Of a stretch of DNA of 64,000 nucleotides, positions 1 through 8,850 are shown one piece after another. Position 1 is the stretch's first letter, and each line of letters starts with the position of its first letter. The notes under the pieces were generated by a model that had not been told where the DNA came from, searched no databases, and saw only the letters and a list, made by a program, of their open reading frames with translations. The stretch is from an uncultured Lentimicrobiaceae bacterium (GTDB lineage: Bacteria; Bacteroidota; Bacteroidia; Bacteroidales; F082), in contig CAZBMR010000004.1 of the NCBI GenBank assembly GCA_964492695.1, positions 2,414 to 66,413 on the forward strand, read 5' to 3'. Both the position numbers and the translations under genes were made by a program.

Positions 1-1983
1 TTGAAAAACATATTGGATGGCGGCTTTACAGGCACCATCTCGGTGATCAATCCCAAAGAAAACCTGGTGCAAGGCATTGCCAGTTTTTCAACACCTGATG
101 ATATTCCCGAAAGCGATCTGGCTGTGATCGCCATTGCAGCCAAGTATGTTCCGGAAGTGGTGGATCAACTGGCTTTGAAAAAAAACACCCGGGCCTTTAT
201 CATCCTTTCGGCAGGTTTCAGCGAAGAAAGCCATGAAGGTAAAATGCTGGAAGATAGAATCGTGCAAACCGTAAATGCCGTTGGCGGATCGTTGATCGGC
301 CCCAACTGCGTGGGCATTCTCACACCGCAGCACCACAGCATTTTCACCTATCCCATTCCCACACTGAATCCCAAAGGATGCGACTTTATTTCAGGTTCGG
401 GGGCCACAGCTTGCTTCATCATGGAGGCCGGCATCCCCAAAGGTCTCACTTTTGCCAATGTGTATTCGGTTGGCAACTCAGCACAGATGGGTATCGAAGA
501 GATTCTCCAACACATGGACGAAACGTTTGATCCGGAACACGATTCACACGTGAAGCTCCTGTATTTGGAAACCATCACAAAGCCTCAATTGTTGCTAAAA
601 CACGCCAGCTCGCTCATTCGCAAAGGATGCCGCATTGCAGCCATCAAGGCGGGCAGCAGCGAGGCAGGCAGCAGGGCAGCATCGTCGCACACAGGCGCGC
701 TGGCCAGCCCCGACCAGGCAGTGGATGCACTTTTTCGCAAGGCAGGCATCGTCAGGTGCTACGGGCGCGAAGACCTCATCTCCGTGGCTTCGCTGTTCAT
801 GCATCCCGAACTCACGGGCAAAAACATAGCCATTATCACCCATGCCGGCGGTCCGGCCGTGATGCTCACCGATGCACTCTCAAATGGTGGCATGAATGTG
901 CCACGCTTGCAGGGCGCAGTTGCAGATCGGCTGAAAGAAAAACTTTTTGCAGGCTCATCGGTTGCCAATCCCATCGATTTTTTAGCCACCGGAACAGCAG
1001 AACAGCTGGGATTCATCATCGATGCTGTTGAAAGTGATTTTGATGAGATCGATGGCATGGTGGTCATCTTCGGAACACCGGGCCTCTCAAGCATCTTTGA
1101 CGTGTATGCGTTGCTCGATCAAAAGATGAAAGTGTGCAAAAAACCCATTTATCCTGTTTTGCCCTCGATACTCACGGCAGCTGAAGAAGTGAAATTTTTT
1201 CTTTCGGAGGGGCGCATCAATTTTCCTGACGAAGCCATACTCGGCAACGCCATTTCACGTGTTTACCACACGCCTGAACCGCAGCAAATAAAGCCTTGCG
1301 ACTTCACAGCACAACATGAAATCATCCGAAACGTGATTGATCAGGCCCAGGATGGATACCTTGCACCGCAACAGGTGCAGGCGTTGCTGGATGCCGCCGG
1401 CATAGTCAGAGCCGGCGAGGCCATCGCCACCACCTCAGCCATGGCTGCAAGAGAAGCCGAAAAGCTTGGCTTTCCGGTTGTGATGAAAGTGGTTGGTCCC
1501 GTTCATAAGTCCGACGTGGGAGGCGTTGTGCTCAACGTTCAAAACACCGGGCAGGTGATTGAGACCTTCGAACGGATGATTCAAATCAAAGACACCACGG
1601 CGGTGCTCATTCAGCCAATGCTTTCAGGTTTGGAACTGTTTGCAGGCATCAAAAAGGAAGGCGCTTACGGACATATGCTGCTGGCCGGTATGGGTGGCAT
1701 TTATATTGAGGTGTTCAAGGATGTGGCCTCAGAGCTGGTTCCTGTGGATCGGGATGGCGCGCACGCCATGCTTCGACGGCTCAGAAGCTATGCAATGATG
1801 GAAGGTGTTCGCGGACAGAAAGGTATTAATATTGAGGCATTTGCGATTGTTATTGAACGACTTTCACAATTGATCGGGCTTGCGCCGGAAATTGCCGAGC
1901 TCGACCTCAACCCGCTGCTTGCGACCCACGAAAAGCTGGTTGCCGTTGATGCACGCGTGAAAATCGAAAAACACCTGGCATGA
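1..1983 (+). CDS. ADP-forming acetyl-/acyl-CoA synthetase, fused alpha-beta form (CoA-binding/CoA-ligase + ATP-grasp); 5' end cut by the window edge
   Basis: The ORF runs from base 1. It has the GPNCVGI CoA-ligase motif, the phosphohistidine loop SSHTGALAS and a C-terminal ATP-grasp segment GFPVVMKVVGPVHKSDVGGV. Homologues usually carry about 25 more N-terminal residues. Confidence 0.85.
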   Translation: MKNILDGGFTGTISVINPKENLVQGIASFSTPDDIPESDLAVIAIAAKYVPEVVDQLALKKNTRAFIILSAGFSEESHEGKMLEDRIVQTVNAVGGSLIGPNCVGILTPQHHSIFTYPIPTLNPKGCDFISGSGATACFIMEAGIPKGLTFANVYSVGNSAQMGIEEILQHMDETFDPEHDSHVKLLYLETITKPQLLLKHASSLIRKGCRIAAIKAGSSEAGSRAASSHTGALASPDQAVDALFRKAGIVRCYGREDLISVASLFMHPELTGKNIAIITHAGGPAVMLTDALSNGGMNVPRLQGAVADRLKEKLFAGSSVANPIDFLATGTAEQLGFIIDAVESDFDEIDGMVVIFGTPGLSSIFDVYALLDQKMKVCKKPIYPVLPSILTAAEEVKFFLSEGRINFPDEAILGNAISRVYHTPEPQQIKPCDFTAQHEIIRNVIDQAQDGYLAPQQVQALLDAAGIVRAGEAIATTSAMAAREAEKLGFPVVMKVVGPVHKSDVGGVVLNVQNTGQVIETFERMIQIKDTTAVLIQPMLSGLELFAGIKKEGAYGHMLLAGMGGIYIEVFKDVASELVPVDRDGAHAMLRRLRSYAMMEGVRGQKGINIEAFAIVIERLSQLIGLAPEIAELDLNPLLATHEKLVAVDARVKIEKHLA

Positions 1984-2660
1984 AAAAAAACGACCTGACG
2001 GTATTGCTCGCATTGGCCGCTGTTGCAGCAGCCTTTGTCCTGTCGGAAGATCTGCTGCCGCTTTACAATCGCCTCAACAGCGAGCACGGCATGGTGATGA
2101 GTTTTGTGAAGTTTGCACTGTTGGCCACTTTTGGCGAAGCGCTCGCACTACGCATACGAAGCGGGCAATACAACCAGCCGGGTTTTGGATTGCTGCCACG
2201 CGCCATTGTTTGGGGGTTGCTGGGCATAACCATTAAAATGGCCTTTGTGATTTTTGCTACTGGTGTACCTGTATTCCTGCAATATCTGGGAATGAAAGAT
2301 GCAACTGAATTGATTGCACAGGATTTCTCGGCCGGCAAGCTGTTTGTTGCATTTTGCATCAGTTTGGGCATGAACACAATTTATGCCCCCGTTATGATGA
2401 CACTGCACAAAGTTACCGATACACACATCCTCGCACAGGGCGGCAGTCTGCGTGCCTTGATGAAGCCGGTTCCGGTGAAACACATTCTGCAGACGATGGA
2501 CTGGCAAAGAATGTGGGGATTCGTTTTTATGAAGACCATTCCCTTTTTTTGGATTCCGGCGCACACCATCACTTTTTTATTGCCACAAAATATGCAAGTG
2601 TTGTTTGCAGCCCTGCTGGGTGTTGCACTGGGGGTTTTGCTGAGCCTACGCAAAGCTTAA
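1980..2660 (+). CDS. Hypothetical polytopic membrane protein (family not recognised)
   Basis: ATGA start/stop overlap with the upstream synthetase gene. Five or six hydrophobic segments. No catalytic motif that I recognise. Confidence 0.7.
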   Translation: MKKNDLTVLLALAAVAAAFVLSEDLLPLYNRLNSEHGMVMSFVKFALLATFGEALALRIRSGQYNQPGFGLLPRAIVWGLLGITIKMAFVIFATGVPVFLQYLGMKDATELIAQDFSAGKLFVAFCISLGMNTIYAPVMMTLHKVTDTHILAQGGSLRALMKPVPVKHILQTMDWQRMWGFVFMKTIPFFWIPAHTITFLLPQNMQVLFAALLGVALGVLLSLRKA

Positions 2661-2736
2661 AGCCTCACAATCAATACCATAAATCAATTTGTGCACCATC
2701 CTTACCCCCTATAATCATTCTAAATAAGCGAAATAT

Positions 2737-2750
2737 CGCAAACGTTTGCG
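2737..2750. promoter_or_regulatory. Perfect 14-bp palindrome CGCAAACGTTTGCG, candidate LacI/PurR-type operator
   Basis: Read directly from the sequence. It lies 19 nt upstream of a TATATTTG -7-like box. A near-identical copy is at 43934-43947 in the pckA promoter. Confidence 0.4.
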
Positions 2751-2769
2751 CCAGCTTGCGGCATTTTGA

Positions 2770-2777
2770 TATATTTG
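2770..2777 (+). promoter_or_regulatory. Bacteroidota-type -7 promoter box (TATATTTG, matches TAnnTTTG)
   Basis: Motif match 64 nt upstream of the aminotransferase ATG at 2842. Confidence 0.35.
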
Positions 2778-2841
2778 TGCAAACGCTAACAATGGAGATT
2801 GTAAATGTCAAATCTTTCACTGTGAGCCAAATAAGTACTTT

Positions 2842-4161
2842 ATGAAAAATACACCCATAGATTATTCAATTGTTCAACAAAAAATTCAGGAAAGCAACCT
2901 CACCAAGGTTGGCAGGGCATCGATCAGGGAGATTAAAAAATTGGTAGATCAAATTGAAAAGGCGAGTGGGAAAAAGTTCATCCGCATGGAGATGGGCATT
3001 CCCGGTCTGCCACCGGCACACGAAGGTGTTGAAGGTCAGATTGCTGCATTAAGAGAAGGAGTGGCTGCCATTTATCCCGACATTCATGGGATCCCCGAGT
3101 TAAAACAAGAGATTGCCCGCTTTGTAAAACTATTTATGAACATCGATGTCAGCCCCGAAGGCTGTCTGCCAACCGTTGGAAGCATGCAAGGGGGATTTGC
3201 CAGTTTCCTGACGCTGAGCCGCATTTGTGAAAAACGTAACACAACCCTTTTCATCGACCCCGGTTTTCCAGTGCATAAACAACAGCACCGCGTGCTCAAC
3301 CTTCCCTTTGAAAGCTTCGATGTGTATGATTTCAGGGGTGACAAGCTGTATGACAAACTGAAATCGTACCTCGACAAAGGACATATCCACTCCATGCTCT
3401 ACAGCAACCCAAACAATCCTTCGTGGATCTGCTTCACTGAGAAAGAGTTGAAAATCATTGGCGACCTGGCCAATGAATATGACATTGTCATTATGGAAGA
3501 CCTGGCATATTTTGGCATGGACTTCAGGCAGGATTTCAGCAAACCCGGGCAACCTCCTTATCAGCCGTCGGTTGCGAACTATACAAACAAATATATCTTG
3601 TTTATCTCCAGCTCAAAAGCATTCAGCTATGCCGGAGAGCGAATTGGCATGATGGTGATCAGCGATGCCATGTACCAAACCCGCTACCCTGACCTGAAGC
3701 GTTTCTATCCAAACGATCAGTTTGGATATACCATGATTTACGGCACGCTTTATCCATTGAGCTCCGGCACCTCGCATTCGGCACAACATGGCCTGACAGC
3801 CATTCTGAAGGCCGCCAATGAAGGCAGGTTCAACTTTGTAGAGACAGTGAAGATATACGGGCAAAAAGCTGCGGTGATGAAAAAACTATTCACTGACAAT
3901 GGGTTTAGCATTGTGTATGACAAAGACGAAGACCAACCCATTGCCGATGGCTTTTATTTTACCTATTCCTATCCGGGTTTCACAGGTGTTGAGCTGCTCG
4001 AAGAAATGTTGTACTACGGAATCAGCGCCATCTCGCTGGATATCACCGGAAGCGAACGCCACGAAGGCATACGTGCCTGCACCTCGCTCATTCAGACTGA
4101 ACAGTTTGGTGATTTGGAAAAACGCCTCAAGCAGTTTAACGAAGACCATCCCACAGCCTGA
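2842..4161 (+). CDS. PLP-dependent aminotransferase, class I/II
   Basis: 439-aa ORF with the PLP-lysine context SSSKAFSYAGERIG and NPNNPS upstream of it. The length is typical of fold-type I aminotransferases. Confidence 0.85.
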   Translation: MKNTPIDYSIVQQKIQESNLTKVGRASIREIKKLVDQIEKASGKKFIRMEMGIPGLPPAHEGVEGQIAALREGVAAIYPDIHGIPELKQEIARFVKLFMNIDVSPEGCLPTVGSMQGGFASFLTLSRICEKRNTTLFIDPGFPVHKQQHRVLNLPFESFDVYDFRGDKLYDKLKSYLDKGHIHSMLYSNPNNPSWICFTEKELKIIGDLANEYDIVIMEDLAYFGMDFRQDFSKPGQPPYQPSVANYTNKYILFISSSKAFSYAGERIGMMVISDAMYQTRYPDLKRFYPNDQFGYTMIYGTLYPLSSGTSHSAQHGLTAILKAANEGRFNFVETVKIYGQKAAVMKKLFTDNGFSIVYDKDEDQPIADGFYFTYSYPGFTGVELLEEMLYYGISAISLDITGSERHEGIRACTSLIQTEQFGDLEKRLKQFNEDHPTA

Positions 4162-4303
4162 ACCTGATGCCCAATAATAGCATTGCGCCGATTGAATACT
4201 GCTTACAGAAAACAGCATGGGCAGAATTATTTAAAACTATTATAAATAGCATATATTCAAGCAAATAGGAAGCAAATCGGAACGGCACAAGCAGCCAAAT
4301 CCG

Positions 4304-4311
4304 TAAATTTG
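4304..4311 (+). promoter_or_regulatory. Bacteroidota-type -7 promoter box (TAAATTTG)
   Basis: TAnnTTTG match 32 nt upstream of the ferredoxin-subunit ATG at 4343. Confidence 0.35.
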
Positions 4312-4342
4312 CACCTTAATAAAATTTAAAAAAAAGAAAGAT

Positions 4343-4567
4343 ATGGCTAAAGTCAAAGGTGCCATTGTGGTGGACGAAGCAAAGTGCAAAGGTTGTGGCG
4401 TTTGCCTGCCTGCATGCCCCACTTCGGTCATTGCCCTGGCAAAAGAAGTCAATGGAAAAGGGTATCATTATGCATATATGGAGCAGCCTGACGAGTGTAT
4501 CGGTTGCTCCAATTGTGCCATTGTTTGTCCCGATGGTGTAATCACAGTATATAAACTGAAACTCTGA
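4343..4567 (+). CDS. 2-oxoacid:ferredoxin oxidoreductase delta subunit (2x[4Fe-4S] ferredoxin)
   Basis: Two CxxCxxCxxxCP motifs (CKGCGVCLPACP and CIGCSNCAIVCP). It is the first gene of the delta-alpha-beta-gamma set. Confidence 0.85.
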   Translation: MAKVKGAIVVDEAKCKGCGVCLPACPTSVIALAKEVNGKGYHYAYMEQPDECIGCSNCAIVCPDGVITVYKLKL

Positions 4568-4595
4568 CAAGGGTGAAGCAAAAATTTTGAAGATT

Positions 4596-5681
4596 ATGGG
4601 AGAATTAAAACTGATGAAAGGAAATGAAGCATTGGCAGAGGCAGCCATTCGCGCTGGTGCCGATGCGTATTTTGGCTATCCCATCACACCACAGTCGGAA
4701 GTGATTGAATACCTGATGGCCGAAAAGCCCTGGGAACGCACAGGCATGGTGGTGTTGCAAGCCGAAAGCGAGGTGGCAGCCATCAACATGGTATATGGCG
4801 CTGCCGGTGCCGGTAAAAAAGTAATGACCTCTTCTTCCTCGCCGGGCATCAGCCTCAAGCAGGAAGGTTTGTCATACATTGCCGGCTCGGAATTGCCCTG
4901 TGTGTATGCCAATGTGGTTCGTGGCGGACCGGGGCTTGGAACCATCCAACCCTCACAGGCCGACTATTTTCAAAGCACCAAGGGAGGAGGGCACGGCGAC
5001 TACCGTCAAATCGTTCTCGCGCCTGCCTCTGTTCAGGAAATGGCTGATTTTGTGAAACTTGGATTTGAATTGGCATTCAAATATCGCATCGCAGTGCTAA
5101 TCTTGTCCGACGGCGTGATTGGTCAGATGATGGAAAAGGTGGAGCTTTTTGATCCAATTCCCCGCATGACGGATGAAGAAATCATTGAGAAATATCCCTG
5201 GGCAACAACTGGTAAAAAGCATGGCACCGAACGCCGTATTATCACCTCGCTCGACCTCGATTCGCACAAGATGGAAGAACATAACCATCACCTGCAGGAA
5301 AAATACCGTATGATTGCAGAAAACGAGGTGCGCTACGAAATGATTGATTGCGACGATGCGGAATACATCTTTGTAGCCTATGGCTCATCGGCCCGCATCG
5401 CCCAAAAAGCCGTACAGCTGGCTCGTGCTAAGGGCATCAAGGCAGGGCTTTTCAGGCTGATTACCTTGTTCCCATTCCCGGGTAAAGAAATGGCAGCCCT
5501 GTGCAAAAAAGGTGTAAAAGGCTGGCTTGCCGTTGAAATGAGCGCCGGACAAATGGTGGAAGACGTGATGCTCTCGGTGAAAGGTTGTGCAAAAGTGGCC
5601 CATTTCGGTCGCTATGGCGGCATCGTTCACTCCCCGGAAGAAGTTTTACATGCGATGGAAGAAAAAATCATAGGAGAATAG
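4596..5681 (+). CDS. 2-oxoacid:ferredoxin oxidoreductase alpha subunit (KorA/VorB-like)
   Basis: GYPITPQSE motif, and its position between the delta and beta subunits. The ATG at 4596 is preferred over the TTG at 4587. Confidence 0.9.
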   Translation: MGELKLMKGNEALAEAAIRAGADAYFGYPITPQSEVIEYLMAEKPWERTGMVVLQAESEVAAINMVYGAAGAGKKVMTSSSSPGISLKQEGLSYIAGSELPCVYANVVRGGPGLGTIQPSQADYFQSTKGGGHGDYRQIVLAPASVQEMADFVKLGFELAFKYRIAVLILSDGVIGQMMEKVELFDPIPRMTDEEIIEKYPWATTGKKHGTERRIITSLDLDSHKMEEHNHHLQEKYRMIAENEVRYEMIDCDDAEYIFVAYGSSARIAQKAVQLARAKGIKAGLFRLITLFPFPGKEMAALCKKGVKGWLAVEMSAGQMVEDVMLSVKGCAKVAHFGRYGGIVHSPEEVLHAMEEKIIGE

Positions 5682-5684
5682 GCT

Positions 5685-6473
5685 ATGTCAACAGTAACAC
5701 TCGAAGATATCATTAAACCAGAAAACCTGGTTTACAAGAAAACCGATCTCATGACCGACAAGTCGCTGAGCTATTGTCCGGGATGTGGTCATGGCACCGC
5801 CCACCGCATCACCATGGAGGTGATCGAAGAGCTTGGATTGGAAGAAAATACGATAGGTGTGGCACCCGTAGGTTGCTCAGTACTGGCCTATGAGTTCATG
5901 AATATTGATATGACGCAGGCAGCACATGGTCGTGCACCTGCAGTGGCAACAGGCATCAAACGCGTTTGGCCCGGCAAAATCGTATTTACTTATCAGGGCG
6001 ACGGCGACCTGGCTGCCATTGGCACAGCCGAAACCATCCATGCCTGCAACAGGGGAGAAAAGATTGTAATCATTTTTGTGAACAATGGCATTTATGGCAT
6101 GACCGGCGGACAAATGGCACCCACCACCCTGCCGGGCATGAAATCATCCACTTCACCCTACGGACGAGAAGTAGAAATGATGGGCAATCCCCTCAAAATA
6201 ACAGAGCTAATCGCACAACTTCCCGGCACCTACTTCGTTTCGCGGCAAGCGGTTCACACACCAGCTGCAGTTCGCAGGGCCAAAAAAGCCATTAAAAAGG
6301 CTTTCGAAAACCAACGCGACAACAAGCCAGGCTTGTCGTTCGTGGAAATCGTCTCCAACTGCAACAGCGGATGGAAAATGACCCCCACCGATGCCAACCA
6401 GTGGATGGAAGAACATATGTTCCCATTTTATCCACTTGGCGACATTAAGATGGACGGGCAATTGTTGAAATGA
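5685..6473 (+). CDS. 2-oxoacid:ferredoxin oxidoreductase beta subunit (TPP-binding)
   Basis: YCPGCGHG cysteine motif and the TPP motif GDGD...NNGIYGMTGGQ. Confidence 0.9.
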   Translation: MSTVTLEDIIKPENLVYKKTDLMTDKSLSYCPGCGHGTAHRITMEVIEELGLEENTIGVAPVGCSVLAYEFMNIDMTQAAHGRAPAVATGIKRVWPGKIVFTYQGDGDLAAIGTAETIHACNRGEKIVIIFVNNGIYGMTGGQMAPTTLPGMKSSTSPYGREVEMMGNPLKITELIAQLPGTYFVSRQAVHTPAAVRRAKKAIKKAFENQRDNKPGLSFVEIVSNCNSGWKMTPTDANQWMEEHMFPFYPLGDIKMDGQLLK

Positions 6474-6499
6474 TCTATTTAACCTAACAATCAGGAACA

Positions 6500-7045
6500 A
6501 TGACAGAAGAAATAATCATTGCAGGCTTTGGTGGCCAGGGCGTGCTTTCGATGGGTAAGATATTGGCCTACAGCGGCATTATGCAAGATCAGGAGGTGAG
6601 CTGGATGCCATCTTATGGACCTGAGATGCGCGGTGGAACAGCCAATGTGGTGGTGATCGTGAGCGACGAACGCATCAGTTCGCCGGTACTAACCGTTTTC
6701 GATACCGCAATCATCCTCAACCAGCAATCCATGGATAAATTCGAAAAATCGGTCAAGCCAGGCGGCGTGCTCATCTACGATCCCAATGGCATCACCCATC
6801 ACCCGATGCGCAAAGACATTCAAATTTATCAGATTGAAGGGGCGCGTTTGGCAGCAGAAATGGGTAATACCAAGATTTTCAACATGATTGTACTGGGAGC
6901 ATACCTGAAAGTGAAGCCGGTGGTTCAAATTGAAAATGTAATAAAGGGATTGAAAAAATCACTGCCAGAACGCTATCACAAGCTCATACCAATGAATGAG
7001 GATGCGTTGAATACAGGCATGAAACACGTGATGCTTGCAAATTAA
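6500..7045 (+). CDS. 2-oxoacid:ferredoxin oxidoreductase gamma subunit
   Basis: N-terminal IAGFGGQGVLSMGKIL motif typical of gamma subunits; 181 aa. Confidence 0.9.
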   Translation: MTEEIIIAGFGGQGVLSMGKILAYSGIMQDQEVSWMPSYGPEMRGGTANVVVIVSDERISSPVLTVFDTAIILNQQSMDKFEKSVKPGGVLIYDPNGITHHPMRKDIQIYQIEGARLAAEMGNTKIFNMIVLGAYLKVKPVVQIENVIKGLKKSLPERYHKLIPMNEDALNTGMKHVMLAN

Positions 7046-7071
7046 TTGACGTGTTAGCCAAAACCTCAAAA

Positions 7072-7104
7072 AGCCGCCGGCCTTGCAGCACGACGGCTTT
7101 TTTT
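7072..7104 (+). terminator. Rho-independent terminator after the oxidoreductase operon
   Basis: AGCCGCCG (7072-7079) pairs with CGACGGCT (7091-7098) with one mismatch, followed by a run of 7 T. Confidence 0.6.
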
Positions 7105-7117
7105 GTTCTTTTGCCCA

Positions 7118-7885
7118 ATGAATGAAGCCTTGCACCATTACCTTGAACAAAAATTTGCTCGCTACAATCAGCCCGATTTCATCGAAAACGACCCTATCTG
7201 CATTCCACACCAGTTTAGCAAAAAGGAAGACATTGAAATTGCAGGCTTTATTGCAGCCCTGCTGGCATGGGGCCAACGCAAGACCATCGTAAGCAAAAGC
7301 AAACAGCTGATGAACATGATGGGCAACAGTCCTCACGAATTTCTGCTGAATGCTACACAAAACGACTTCAAACCAATGTTGCATTTCAAACACCGCACTT
7401 TCAACGGCGAAGATTGCATCACCTTGTTGCAGGCACTGGCAAACCTATACCAGCATCATGGTGGGCTTGAGACCACATTCACAGAGGGCTTTTCCAGTGG
7501 TGGAGCATACGAAGGTATTGAGCTGACGGCAAAGAGACTGCTCCAATTTCCACACCTGCCTCATTTCGGGAAGCACCTTGCAAGGCCATCATCAGGCTCA
7601 GCAGCCAAGCGCATCAATATGTTTCTGAGGTGGATGGTCAGGCGCGATGCTGCGGGTGTTGACTTTGGCTTGTGGAAAGGCATCAGCCCATCGCAATTGG
7701 TTTGCCCGCTCGATGTTCATTCGGGTAAGGTGGCCAGATGGCTTGGACTTTTGCAACGCAGGCAAAACGACTGGAGAGCAGCGACCGAACTCACATCTGC
7801 CCTCTGCCTTTTTGATCGGGACGATCCTGTTAAATATGATTTCGCACTTTTTGGAAGTGGAATTGCAAATGATTGGCTGGAATAA
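7118..7885 (+). CDS. TIGR02757/DUF2400-family protein (function unknown)
   Basis: The N-terminus MNEALHHYLEQKFARYNQPDFIENDPICIPHQF...AALLAWGQRKTI matches my recollection of this family. The ATG at 7118 is preferred because the TTG at 7103 lies inside the terminator T-run. Confidence 0.65.
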   Translation: MNEALHHYLEQKFARYNQPDFIENDPICIPHQFSKKEDIEIAGFIAALLAWGQRKTIVSKSKQLMNMMGNSPHEFLLNATQNDFKPMLHFKHRTFNGEDCITLLQALANLYQHHGGLETTFTEGFSSGGAYEGIELTAKRLLQFPHLPHFGKHLARPSSGSAAKRINMFLRWMVRRDAAGVDFGLWKGISPSQLVCPLDVHSGKVARWLGLLQRRQNDWRAATELTSALCLFDRDDPVKYDFALFGSGIANDWLE

Positions 7886-7967
7886 ATGAAGCATGAAGCC
7901 CGCTTAACTCAACCCATCAAATTATCAATCTCATTTGTGTAAATTTGGCGACAAATCCAACTTCGAT

Positions 7968-8837
7968 ATGTCTGAGAACCGCTTGAAAGATTTAAAGCAA
8001 AAATGGTATATCATTATCTTTCAACATGATACACGCAAGGGTCGGTTGTTTGACCTGGTATTGATTTGGTTGATTTTAATCAGTGCAATGGTGGTGCTTA
8101 TTGAAAGCTCCAGCATGTATGATCAAAAATACCATGGTTGGTTGTTGACAACAGAATGGATCATCACCCTGATATTTACAGCAGAATACATCGCCCGAAT
8201 TTGGGTCTACCCGAACAGAAAACAGTATGTACTTAGTTTTTACGGGGTCATCGATTTGTTGTCGATCATTCCCACCTACCTGAGTTTGATCATTGCTGGA
8301 AGTCAGGCATTGATCATGATTCGGTTGTTACGAATATTGAGAATTTTCAGGGTTTTGAAACTTACCGGATTCATGCGTGCGGGTATGTTTCTTGTTTCTG
8401 CCTTGCGCAATTCACGTGAGAAAATTACGGTGTTTTTCGGCGCTGTGCTCATCCTTGTCAGCATCGTTGGCACAATCATGTACCTTGTTGAAGGGCCAGA
8501 ATCAGGCTTCACGAGCATTCCCCTTTCAATTTATTGGGCCATCGTCACCATCACTACAGTGGGATATGGCGACATAAGCCCCGGCACAGCCTTTGGGCAG
8601 TTTATCGCATCGGTGCTCATGCTGACAGGTTATGCCATCATTGCTGTTCCAACCGGTATCCTCACATCAGAAATTGCAACGAGTAGCAAAAACAAACCAA
8701 AAGCACACATGCACAGGTGCAAGGCTTGCGGATATGGGCTGCTGCCCCGGGAAGCAAACTATTGCTCGCACTGCGGCACCTCGCTCCACCATGAATTGCC
8801 GCAAGCATCTGAAAAAACCAAAGATATTGAACAATAA
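7968..8837 (+). CDS. Voltage-gated-type (6TM) K+ channel with a C-terminal CxxC-N13-CxxC zinc ribbon
   Basis: S4-like RLLRILRIFRVLK, K+ selectivity filter TVGYGD, and the C-terminal CKACGYGLLPREANYCSHCG. Confidence 0.85.
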   Translation: MSENRLKDLKQKWYIIIFQHDTRKGRLFDLVLIWLILISAMVVLIESSSMYDQKYHGWLLTTEWIITLIFTAEYIARIWVYPNRKQYVLSFYGVIDLLSIIPTYLSLIIAGSQALIMIRLLRILRIFRVLKLTGFMRAGMFLVSALRNSREKITVFFGAVLILVSIVGTIMYLVEGPESGFTSIPLSIYWAIVTITTVGYGDISPGTAFGQFIASVLMLTGYAIIAVPTGILTSEIATSSKNKPKAHMHRCKACGYGLLPREANYCSHCGTSLHHELPQASEKTKDIEQ

Positions 8838-8850
8838 AATCATCAACATC

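Noticed and set aside
8632-8850. Upstream extension of the DUF853 ORF that would overlap the K+ channel gene by about 200 nt
   Set aside because: The extension is out of frame with the channel's clearly coding C-terminus and zinc ribbon. MNQQTRF at 8851 gives a normal N-terminus.
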